Part shown: piece after piece, positions 41,990-52,625 of the stretch | Numbering within the stretch: the first letter of the stretch is position 1 | How the letters are laid out: each line of letters begins with the position of its first letter | Made by a program: the position numbers and the translations under genes | Notes under the pieces: model-generated | Told to the model about the DNA's origin: nothing | What the model saw: only the letters and a program-made list of their open reading frames with translations | The model's database searches: none | Assembly (NCBI RefSeq): GCF_018350175.1 | Contig: NC_058381.1 | Location: 26,164,001-26,228,000 of the forward strand | Length of the DNA stretch: 64,000 nt | Reading direction: 5' to 3' | Origin: Felis catus | Taxonomy: Eukaryota

Positions 41990-42868
41990 GAGAGGGACAC
42001 TGAAGCCAGCCAGACAAAGAGCTCCCAATGGCTAAAACTGGAACAATTTGAATGACACAATAAATAATGTAAAACTGGATTTTAACCCAAAGTATAAAAT
42101 AAGTATTCATGAGGTTGTACTGATAGAAATAAATGACTAGATGCATAAAGAAACATTAAAGAAGAGATAAATCTACTGTGAAGAATTCCAAATACTGTTT
42201 GTAGATGCTCTTCCCTCAAGGAGGCCAGTGTAACCCCACTCCTGACACTCCAGCTATGCACGGTGACTTCCTCCCAAATACTGCAGGGGAGGGGAGAACA
42301 GAGGAACTTAATAGGAGAAACCTAGCAAACACTCAGCCAGGTGGTCAAGGTCAACATCATTAGTGATAAGTCATCTTGATAATACAAACCTTTGATAGGA
42401 TGTGATGAGAAGGGCACTTCACCTCTGAGGCCTTCCTCCCCCAAATCCATAAGCCTAGTCTAGTCATGAGGGAAACATCAGACAAACCCCAATCAAGGGG
42501 GGTCCTACAAAATACCTGACTGACACTCCTTAAAACTGTCAAGGTCATCAAAAACAAGGAAAGTTGGAGAAACTGTCTCAGCAGAGAGTGGCCTAAGGAG
42601 ACATGACTAAGTGTAATGTGATATCCTGGATGGGATCCTGGAGCAGAAAAAGGATATTAAGTTAAAACTAGGGGAATCTGAATAAAGTATGTGTGGACTT
42701 TAATTAATAGTAATGTAAAATATCTATCTATTCGTTGTGACAATTATATCATATTAATGTAAGATGCTAACAATAAGGGAAACTAGTGTGAGCAATATGG
42801 GAATTCTATGTACTATCTTTGCAACTTTTCCATAAATCTATTCTAAAATAAAAAGTTTATTTTAAAAA
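41990..42868 (+). mobile_element. Old L1 (L1MC-like) 3'UTR fragment
   Basis: aaacatcagacaaacccc, aaaactgtcaaggtcatcaaaaacaaggaaag, tcctggatgggatcctggagcagaaaaagga. Confidence 0.8.
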
Positions 42869-42878
42869 GTGGATAATA

Positions 42879-42996
42879 GGGGCACCTGGCTGGCTCAGTC
42901 AGAAGAGCATGTGACTCTTGAGCTCGGGGTCATGAGTTCAAGCCCCATGTTTGGTGTAGAGATTACTTAAATAAATAAAACTTAAAAAAAAAATTA
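42879..42996 (+). mobile_element. Short CAN-SINE
   Basis: ggggcacctggctggctcagtc head; TSD aaaagtggataatag. Confidence 0.88.
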
Positions 42997-43151
42997 AAAG
43001 TGGATAATAGTGTTTATGTTATGTTGTTGCTTTCAGTAAGGGAATTTATATCAAGCATTTAGCATACTGGCATATGACAAGTGTTTAAAATTAGTTATTA
43101 CTTATCATTATTGTTCCTATTTCTATTTTTCTTATTAAAAATAGCAATACA

Positions 43152-43420
43152 GGGATGCCTGGGTGGCTCAGTCAATTAAGCATCCGACTCTTAATTTCAG
43201 CTCAGGTCATGATCTCATAGTTTGTGAGTTCAAGCCCTGCATTGGGCTCTGCACTGACANNNNNNNNNNNNNNNNNNNNNNNNNNNNNNNNNNNNNNNNN
43301 NNNNNNNNNNNNNNNNNNNNNNNNNNNNNNNNNNNNNNNNNNNNNNNNNNNNNNNNNNNNNNNNNNNNNNNNNNNNNNNNNNNNNNNNNNNNNNNNNNNN
43401 NNNNNNNNNNNNNNNNNNNN
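43152..43420 (+). mobile_element. CAN-SINE (3' half in N gap)
   Basis: gggatgcctgggtggctcagtc head. Confidence 0.85.
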
Positions 43421-44661
43421 NTAGAAAATTTTACATACAAAGAAAAACATAAGCCAAAGAAAATAAGGAAGAATATCCACAATCTTACTCTGTCTGAGAC
43501 AACTACCAATCACACCTTGCTGTGGGTCCCTTCAGATATGATTAACTGTAAAATTTCGATCACACCATATATACAGTTTGGTATACATTGGTATATATTT
43601 GGTATATATGGTGGCCATAATTCAGTTAAGTAATTTTTGTTGCTTTGTTACAACTCTTTGCTCTTACAAGTACTCAAGAACATAAGTAATGGGCTAAATA
43701 TTAGTTAGGGAGAAAAAAAGAAAACCCTGAAAAATTATAAAAACTGGGCACTAATGCTTAAATATGCACAAAGGGTATTCAATGGTTCATCAAAACAACC
43801 CTCATCTGAAAAGCCAATGACTGACTTTTCTACATCTATTTTGTTTCATAATTTTAAAAAAGTATTTTCTAAAAGTAAAGAAAAAAAGAAGATAATCTAG
43901 CAAAATGTTGACACTAGTTATCTGTTTTGTTTCCTTTGCATCTGGCTCTTGACTGCCAGATTCTCTACAAGGAGGATATTTTACTCTAAAGCAGCAGGAG
44001 TAGAATCCAGGATGATGGCAAGGCTGTCTTCAGCCTCTCAGCTGGGCTCCTGGGCGGCTAAGTGGGTTTGAGACAGAGCCCCTCAGTACAGGCCCTCTGG
44101 GTGGGTGAGGCCTCCAGTGGTGTGTAGGGACTTGCTGGCAAATTTTAGGCGCTGTCCATAAGAGGGAAGGATGATATAGAAGGTAGCACTACTGCTCTTT
44201 CCAGAAACCCAGAGAAACCAGAGTGCCTGCTCTCTTATTCGGTGGCCCCTTCCCATTTACTAGAGCCAGCTCATTTGATCCTCCCACAGTCTGGGAAGCA
44301 GGTAGGCTCCTCTCCCCTGCACTCGATCTGCTCTTCCTGAGGTCCCCGGTGACCTCTAATTGCCCCCCTCCCCTAATCATTTACACTCTCCTCCTTGACA
44401 CCTTTGCCAGTATTTTACATTGCTGACCTCTCCCTTGCTCTTTTTCTGCCAGGACTGCACTGTGTCTTAGACAACTCTAACTGGCTCTTCTTGGGCTGCA
44501 TCGCTGCTTTCCTTTCTCCTTTCCCACACCTTCCAGACTCTTCTCTGGGCTTCCTTCTTTTCTCTTTCTAGGAATTCGCCCTTAGTGGCCTTATCGACTA
44601 CCAGTATAAGCCCCCCACCATGCACTGATGTGTTCGAAATCTTTAGCCCCTGTATTTCGAC

Positions 44662-44852
44662 TTTTTTTTTAGATGTTTTTTATTTTATTTTTGAGAGGTG
44701 AGGAGGGGCAGAGAGAGAGAAGGAGACAGAAGATCCAAAGCGGGCTCTGTGCTGACACCAGATAGCCCAATGCGGGGCTCAAACTCACAAACAGTGAGAT
44801 CATGACCTGAGCCAAAGTTGGATGTTTAATCGACTGAGCCACCCAGGTGCCC
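44662..44852 (-). mobile_element. CAN-SINE
   Basis: T tail and head; flanking ccctgtatttc repeat. Confidence 0.9.
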
Positions 44853-45324
44853 AGATACCCTGTATTTCCAACTTCAGTCTTGTCATGACTGAAAGGAACC
44901 TCTGGCTGGCTTAAGCAGAGAGGGGATTTATTAGAAGGATGGATCCACTCACCATCTTGAAGGAAAGGCTGAAGATCCAGGCTTAGAAATGATGGAGGCT
45001 GGAGCAGTTCTGGGAGCCAAGCAGTTGGTGCAGGTGAATAACTCCTTCAGGGCATGAAGACTGAAGAATGTAGGATAAGAATGTTACCTACCATGTAGCG
45101 TTTGTTGAATCTTAAGTGATCGGTATAGATAAGCAAGTTGAGGCCCCATAACATAATTAAATTCCCTTTCCTTTCATTCTTCCTGCCATTATGCTCAAGA
45201 TGAGAATTCTGGGAAGACACCATCTAATATGATCTTGGCTGGGGCAGACAGATCCCCTTCACTGACAATCCCACCAAAATCCTCAGTGGAAATGATTCTT
45301 TCCCCTAAAACTATACTAGGGTTC

Positions 45325-45538
45325 TTTTTATTATTATTTTTTTAAGGTTTATTCATTTTTGAGAGACAGAGTGTGAGCAGAGCAGGGGCAGAGAGAGAGA
45401 CACACACAGAATCTGAAGCAGGCTCCAGACTCTGAGCTGTCAGCACAGAGACCGATGTGGGGCTCGAACCCATGAACCGTGAGATCATGACCTGAGCTGA
45501 AGTCAGACGCTTAACCTATGGAGCCACCCAGGCGCCCC
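45325..45538 (-). mobile_element. CAN-SINE
   Basis: Head caggcgcccc; TSD ctatactagggttct/ctatactggggttct. Confidence 0.92.
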
Positions 45539-45599
45539 TATACTGGGGTTCTGCACATGAAAAGGGGGAGTGGACTCAGGGGATGCAAAATGACAAATG

Positions 45600-47610
45600 T
45601 TTAACATATTCCTGCCCAGAAACGTCCTTAACTCCTGCCTCTTTCCTGCTCCACTTCTCCTAAATACTATTCTAATAAATTCCCTGCCTGCATAAGTGAT
45701 CTCCTTGCTGCCACTCTTCACCCCACAATCTTCCCACCGCACCACTAGTCATCTTCTAAAATACAAATCTGATTAGCCCAGCTCTGTTCCCTCCTAAAAA
45801 CCTGTTATGGCTTCCCCATTGACCTTAGATAAAGGTGTGGGGTTTTTTTTTTGTCTCAATTCAACTTTTATTACCCTCATTATACACAGGTGTGTAGACA
45901 AAAGCTTTTTATCAGCTAACTACATGAAAAGATATATATTGTACGTAATTCATGTGATCCAATAAGGGCAAAAGCAGAGGACTAGAGTTTTCCCCTTAAG
46001 AAGAAAAAATTCAGATCTATGAAAAGGACAATGCTAGTTTTAAAAATTTGTGTTTACTTACAAGCATTCAGAATGTCAACAAAACAGCTGCAACTTTTTT
46101 TCCCCCAACTGCAGAATGAACAGAAAAACATTTCACAGAAGCTGCATCAAAAACAACTAAAGATGAAAAAACTACCATCCCCATGGATATCTAATTTGGG
46201 GTGTGCACCAACAAGAGCCTGCTTTAAATTCCCATGCCAATTTACAGCCTCCATACTGCACCTACCAAGGTTAGTAGCTACTGAAAATACCATGGGGATA
46301 AGGCTAGCTAAAGATGCGTTCAGTAGTGTGTAAACTCTATTTAAAAAAAACAAAAAACAAAAAACAAAAAAAAAAAACAGCTGTAAGTTTTTTTCTTTAA
46401 AAGTAGTGAGTTCTGGGGGTTAAATGCTTTATGGACATGGGAAAAAACTGCCCTAGAACCAACTTTTTCATCATCACTATCTTCCTTACCTAACTTCTTT
46501 TTCTTGTTTTTGGCCAGGATCACTCCCGTTTTTGCTGCATCAGCTTTCCTGTAGCTCAGTATGCAGCAATATCCTTTTTTCCTATCTTTTCCTTCAGCTT
46601 AGCAGCCTTCTTCTCATGAGGCTGCCTGTTATCTGCAGCAGTGCTATTCCACATCCCTCCCAGGTCCTTTGCAACATCACCAATGGACAAGCCCAGATGT
46701 TCTCCTTTGATTTTTGGATGATACTCAGAACAAAACAAGATGAAGGCCAAAGGCCAAAGGCCAATCTTGGATACACTGGGATCCTTGAACTTCCCTGTTA
46801 TTTCCCCTGTAGGGGGATGGATACAGGTTTTCATGTCTCATACTGAGCCTTGTTGGTCTTTACCTTGTCTTCAAATTTTCCTTTCTCTTTAGAAGACAAG
46901 TCTTCCACCTTTCTGAGCACTATTTAGAAAACTTTGAAAAGTTGACTGAAACATCTTTGCACTTTGTCTTGTGCTCCTCCTGGCAAGTTTGCAGAAAGAA
47001 TGCATATGATGATGTTCTGCCTCTCAGAATCCCTCTTAGGATCTCCTTTGCTCCTGTTTCCCTATTTTTCCTCAGTGAGGCTCAGGTCACTCAGTGCCTG
47101 ACTCTCAAGTGCCCTGGCTATTTCTGTGGAGCTCAGTGTACTACACTGGCTGTCTAGGTAAAGTTATTAACATGACTTGCAAGGCCCTTCTAAACTTGTA
47201 CCTTCCCACGAAACTTCATTTTCTGTCGCTGCAGCTCTGCTGTTCCTCAAACATGTTCTCTGTGCCTTTGTACAGGTTATTCCCTTTTCCTGAAATACCC
47301 TTTCACATTCTCTCTCTCTCAGGATCCCATACGTATTCATCTTTCAAAGATGGGCTCAGATGTTATCTGCTCATGGAACCTTCCTTAACAAGGCAGGATG
47401 AGTTGGTAACTCCCTCTTTTGTACTCTCATCATACCCAGTATGGGTTTAGATTACAGCCCTGAGCACGTTTTATTACTGCATTTGTTTACAAGTCTGTCT
47501 CCCCTACTAGATTGGGAGCTCCCTTCAAGAAGAGCCTTGGTTTTCCTCTGCTTCATTCTTCTAGTGCTTAGCACTGTGCCTAGAATGTAGGGTTCGGTGA
47601 ATCTTAAGTG
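45600..47610 (+). mobile_element. L2 fragment split by the HMGB1 retrocopy (arms ~45600-45836 and ~47155-47610)
   Basis: ttctaaaatacaaatctga...atggcttccccattgaccttagataaag continues as ...aacatgacttgcaaggccctt...; ends tagtgcttagcactgtgcct, the L2 3' end motif. Confidence 0.75.
45843..47154 (-). pseudogene. HMGB1: Processed HMGB1 pseudogene (5'UTR, disrupted CDS, 3'UTR, poly-A)
   Basis: Minus-strand [57 protein letters not shown] matches HMG box B of HMGB1 rather than HMGB2/3. Intronless; start ATG mutated to AGG (47055-47053); frameshifts; 3'UTR aagttggttctag...; AATAAA (-) at 45867-45872; poly-T at 45843-45852. Confidence 0.93.
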
Positions 47611-50600
47611 AACTATACAGAAAACTGAAGCCCAAAGAGGTTAAGTCACACACCTAGAAGAAGTAACCAACCTGATGGAGAGATTTGGAGAGAGAGATGT
47701 TATACATCAGAGGGTGCTTTTTATAGTCTAGGCAGTTGCTAAGGACTGTTTGCCCCCCACCTCCCACCCATATACAGGGTGGTAGTCGCCTATTTATTCC
47801 CTTGGGAAATTTCCCTTTGGGAAAATTGGGCTCAAACTCAAATAGTCAGGAGAGATTTAAGTTAAAGAAGAGCAAGGCCTTCTTGTTCCTAGACAAAAAA
47901 AGTGAGCTGACTCGGAATGCATGGACTTGACCTCTGGGGGCTTTTAAAAACAAGAGAGACTTTATCAGGAGGACTAATTTCCAAGTCCTGTTAGAAGTAG
48001 ACAAATGTCCGAGTCTGAAGAGTCGGCCTCTTGAGGAGGCCCATATGGAGCAGAGGAACCAGCCAGAGAACTCCAGTGTCTCCAACCTTGTTCCCATTGA
48101 GCTCAAGGATGTTTGGGGGAGGGGAGACAGATGAGGGAGCCCTTGCTAATTAAGCCNNNNNNNNNNNNNNNNNNNNNNNNNNNNNNNNNNNNNNNNNNNN
48201 NNNNNNNNNNNNNNNNNNNNNNNNNNNNNNNNNNNNNNNNNNNNNNNNNNNNNNNNNNNNNNNNNNNNNNNNNNNNNNNNNNNNNNNNNNNNNNNNCCCT
48301 GAGCCCGTTCTGCAAAACAAGGGGAAATGAACTTCCCAGCACATGTGGCTCAGGCTTGGCGGGGAGGGGGACTCCTGTCACCCCACACCTCAGCTCTGGG
48401 AGAGATCAGCACCCCAGGCTGTCAGACCCCCAACACAATCTTTCTCTGCCCAAACTGGACTCTGGGAAGGCACTCCTGGAGAAGGGTGAAGGGAGCCTTC
48501 GTCTGGGCCAGGACAACCCCCACTGAGGCTGTCCCAACCCACAGACAGACACTAATCCCCTGGCGACGGGCTGGGGTGGTGTCTGGGAGCTGCAGCTGCA
48601 GCTCGACAGGGGCCAGGCCCCGGCTGCAGGTGGCGGGAAGGCACAGGTCGGCGGCCAAGTGGGCACTAGCCGCGGCCTCTCCCCACCCTCACCCGCTTTC
48701 CCCCCCGCCCATCCGGTGGTGATTGGGCCCCTTACCCCTCCGGATCCAAGATGGAGTATGGGGCGGGGTTCCAGGCCAAGCAAAGCTGTGATTGGTGAAG
48801 CCCAGGCCTTTTGAGCTGAAGGACGGCCTCAGTAGCCACTCAGGAAGCTCCTGGAGGTGGTAGTGGGCACCTAGCCGCTTTACTTCACACTTAAGCAACC
48901 AAGGCGGCCTCGCAAGTCCAAATCTCGCATCTTGGGAAGGGCCAGGGTTGGAACAAGGAACCCCGCCCGGGACGGGCCTCTGGGCAAATCCTTAATGGCC
49001 TGGGGCCTCTTCCTCGGGAATGACCAGAACTGGGAATGAGCTCCTACAGGCCCAGGAAGATGTCGAGAAAACCCCCAAATACCTTGAAGGAAATCAATAG
49101 GATTATGAAGTTAATGCCACAGCAGGCTGAGTGACAGTTACCAAATAATGACCTCAGGAGGACAAGGCTGAGGTTAAATGAGACCCAATAAATAAAGGGA
49201 CGTGTTCAAAGGAGGAACTTCAGAAAATACAGGGACATGGAGGTCTAGCGTGGGGACTCCTCCCTGCCCTCCCCTTCTAGGGTCTGTTGAATTCTAGGCG
49301 AGCCACAGCCTTGCCTCCCAGAAATGCACACGGGGTCTGTGCCCTGTTCAGCGCCAGTGCTGGCATAGCTCTTAAGCTCAGGGCTCTTTGAATAGCTCCA
49401 TCCGCCCAGCTTCCGTGGCTGAATGAGGGAATGGAAACTTACTGTGGAGGTCGGACCAGTTAACAGAGCCCCAGTATGCCTCTGATTCCTTAGAGACAGA
49501 GAAAGGACCAACTGCAGCAATAGGGGTTGAAGCTAGATGTTAGGAGGCACTTCCCAAACATTAGCTAGGTGGAGGGAGTTTATGAATCTTGGAAGCAAGG
49601 AAGAAGGCCTGTTATAGAGGATTTTATTTCAGATGAAAGCACACTTATCTTTATCCCCATTTGTGCCTGGGTTAGTGAACACTGCCTTTTTTTGGCCAAT
49701 ATGGTGTTACCAGCTAGAAAGGGCCATCAGTATGGTCTTTGCATAAGAAAAGTTTGTGGTACAGTCTGTGTATCCAGTGCTCTCCATTCCACTACCAAGT
49801 GTCCTGGTGAATGAGCAGCCTTTTGCATGAGTCCTGCTGACTCTTCCAGTGGCCAGGTTGGTGGGGTCAGTGGGAGGCAGAGCATGGCGTTTCTGGGACC
49901 ATGAAGGATGTATTGTCTTTCTTTGGGGAGTCTAAAGAGAAACTAAGTCTTTAGTTTTTTAAAGAGAAACTAAGAGAAACTAGGTAGGTATTTTATTTTT
50001 TAGAAAATAAACAATAATGATAGCTAAGCTCTTGGGCTCTTGAGACTTGGGTGTCCAATGACCTCTTTTCTTACTGTGAGACCTTGGGAGAGTCCTGTTT
50101 ACAAAAATGAGAATAGTGTTATGTGTCAGGCAGTATTTTACACTCTTACAACAACCCAGTGGGGGAGGTATTATTATCCTTGCTTAACAAGTGAAATGAA
50201 CTTAGGTTAAATGACCATAGAGCAGCATATTTAAAATCATGGTCACTGAAGATCCAGACTAATTGGATTCAAATCCTGACTTTATTTCCTGGTTGTATGA
50301 CCTTGGGTATATTACCCAATTTCTTCTTCTGTTGAAATGAGGACTATGATAGTACTCACCTGATGAGGTGGTAAGGTTGAAATGAGATTAAGCACATAAA
50401 GCTCTTAGATTCCTGTCAGACACATTGTAGGTGCTCAATAAACATTAGCTATTTTTGTGAGCCCTTCAAGCACGATTATCTATATGATAAATAGATACTT
50501 TCTACTGTCCTTTCAGGTGGCTGTTATTATTAAATTCATTTTACAGGTGAGGAAACAGGCTTAAAGCCGATCATATTGTAGGTCCCTCTGTTAACAGCCT

Positions 50601-50707
50601 GCTGATGACCTGCATTTAGGTTTTTTAACTCAAATTCCAAGGACGCTGTGGTAGCTCATGTACTCTTTCATTCTTGAATCCTAATTTGTTTCAGCCCCTC
50701 ATTCAAA

Positions 50708-51101
50708 GGGCTCAGTCGGCTAAGTATCTGACTCATGATTTTGGCTCAGGTCATGATCTCATGGTTTGTGGGACTGAGCCCCAAATCAGGCTCCAAGCTG
50801 ACAGCACTGAACCTGCTTGGGATTCTCTCTGTCCGCCTCTCTCTGCTCCTCCCCACCTCACTCTCTGTCTCTAAGTCAATAAATTAATTAAAAACAAACA
50901 GACAAACAAACAAAAAAACTCAGTGTGGCTGGGTGGCTCCATCAGTTAAGTGTCTGACTTCAGCTCTGGTCATGATCTCATTCACGGTTTGTGAGTTTGA
51001 GCCCCGCATAGGGCCTTCTGCTATTAGCATGGAGCCTGCTTCAGCTCCTCTGTCCTCCTCTCTCTGCCCCTTCTCACCTTTTGTGTGCTTGCTTGTGCTC
51101 T

Positions 51102-51150
<49 letters not shown>

Positions 51151-51190
51151 AATAAATAAACATTTGGAAAAGAAAAGAAAAAAAACCATT
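50708..51190 (+). mobile_element. Two tandem CAN-SINEs, the second with a long (CT)n at ~51098-51146
   Basis: Two heads at ~50708 and ~50925, each with CT tract and A tail. Confidence 0.9.
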
Positions 51191-52214
51191 TGAGGACCCA
51201 AATTAAAAAAAACCTTGAGGACCCAGTTTTGGATAGTGTGTGCTTGGGAAGAATAGAGGGCAGAAAGAGGAGGAAAGAAAAGGGAGGTTGGATAATGCAA
51301 TAGATTCTCTGACTTAGGAATATTTTTTACCCAATATGACCCTAGCAGATATAACTTCCTCAGACAGGTAGTAAAATAAGTGTGTATTTCAGAGAAATCT
51401 TACTGGAGGAAATGGAAAGAAGTAGCAGTGCAGGAGCATGTAGTGTAATGGGGGAGAAAGTCTGATCTGCAGAGAATCCACCTATGGATAAGGACTCTGG
51501 AACAGAAGGCCTAGATTGCTAGCCCTGACTATACAAAACGCAAATTTGATCATTCATTCCTTATCTCTGTAGTGCCTCAACTGAGAGTTATAAGAGGGAC
51601 TCACCTGTGCTATTGGTAAATCACTACCTCTGTCCTCAGTCCTGAGGGGGCTCAGACCAGCAGGGATCAGAGCAGCACAGTCCTCAGTTTCTTCTCACTG
51701 GAAGCTTCCTAATTCTCTTTGTGGGAGAAGGCCCGGGAGGCCAGGGTGAGAGATCAGGTGAGCAGAACTGCACCTGTGGTAGGAGGGAAAGCCCCTGAAG
51801 CAGCTGCCACCTACTACCCATTCCCCTTGCTCCATCCTCCAATTTCCAGAAGGAGCTCAAGCTCCTGCTTCCACTACCCCAGTTGCCTTAGCTTGATAAA
51901 CCCAATGGGATGTGGGCTGGAAAATCTAGAACCAAGATTTGGGGCTACTCGGTAACAATAAAGTCATAGGGGACAAGTGAATCCCCTGCTTCCTCACCCA
52001 TCTTTTCCCTTTTGGGGACTTACTAAGGACCCCCAGGCCTTAGATCATAGCACACACTAAATAACATGGCTGGGAAGGGGATGTGGAGGAATTTTGTGTC
52101 CTGGAGTTGAATGGGAAGGTATATGCAAATGCACAAGGACACACGTTCAGATATGTATCTGTCATTATGGAGTGCCTAAGGACTCACTCAACACTGAGCT
52201 GGGACCTTTACACA

Positions 52215-52625
52215 TGTCTCTGGAGTGAATTTGGCTGTAAGTAACAGAGACCCAGACTAACAACGATGCAAAGAAATAGGGTTTATTTTTCTCACGTTAT
52301 AAGAAGCAGTTTGACACTGGTCTACTGGCTCAGTGATGCCATCAGGAACCCAGGCTCTTTCTTTTTGTTCTGATATCCTTAGCGTATTGGCCTTCATCCT
52401 TGCATCAGGGTCTCTAGAGAGTGAGAATGCCAAGGATCTCATCTACAGGAGAAAAGATTATGTTTTCCCCTTCATCCAGAAAGCAAAAAATTCCTTCCCA
52501 ACCTTCGTCTTGCCAGTCTTCTGCCCAGGCCTCATTGGCCAACATTGGATCATGTGCCCACTGCTAGCTACAAGAGAGACTAGGAAAGCAGGGAACAGGA
52601 TTTCCATGATTGACATACAGCAGTG
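52215..52625 (+). mobile_element. Old MaLR LTR (MLT1-like) remnant
   Basis: ggctgtaagtaacaga...gggtttatttttctcacg and ctcattggccaacattggatcatgtgccca motifs. Confidence 0.6.

Noticed and set aside
46556-46834. Functional HMG-box retrogene
   Set aside because: Lost ATG, frameshifts, many substitutions in conserved residues and a truncated acidic tail.
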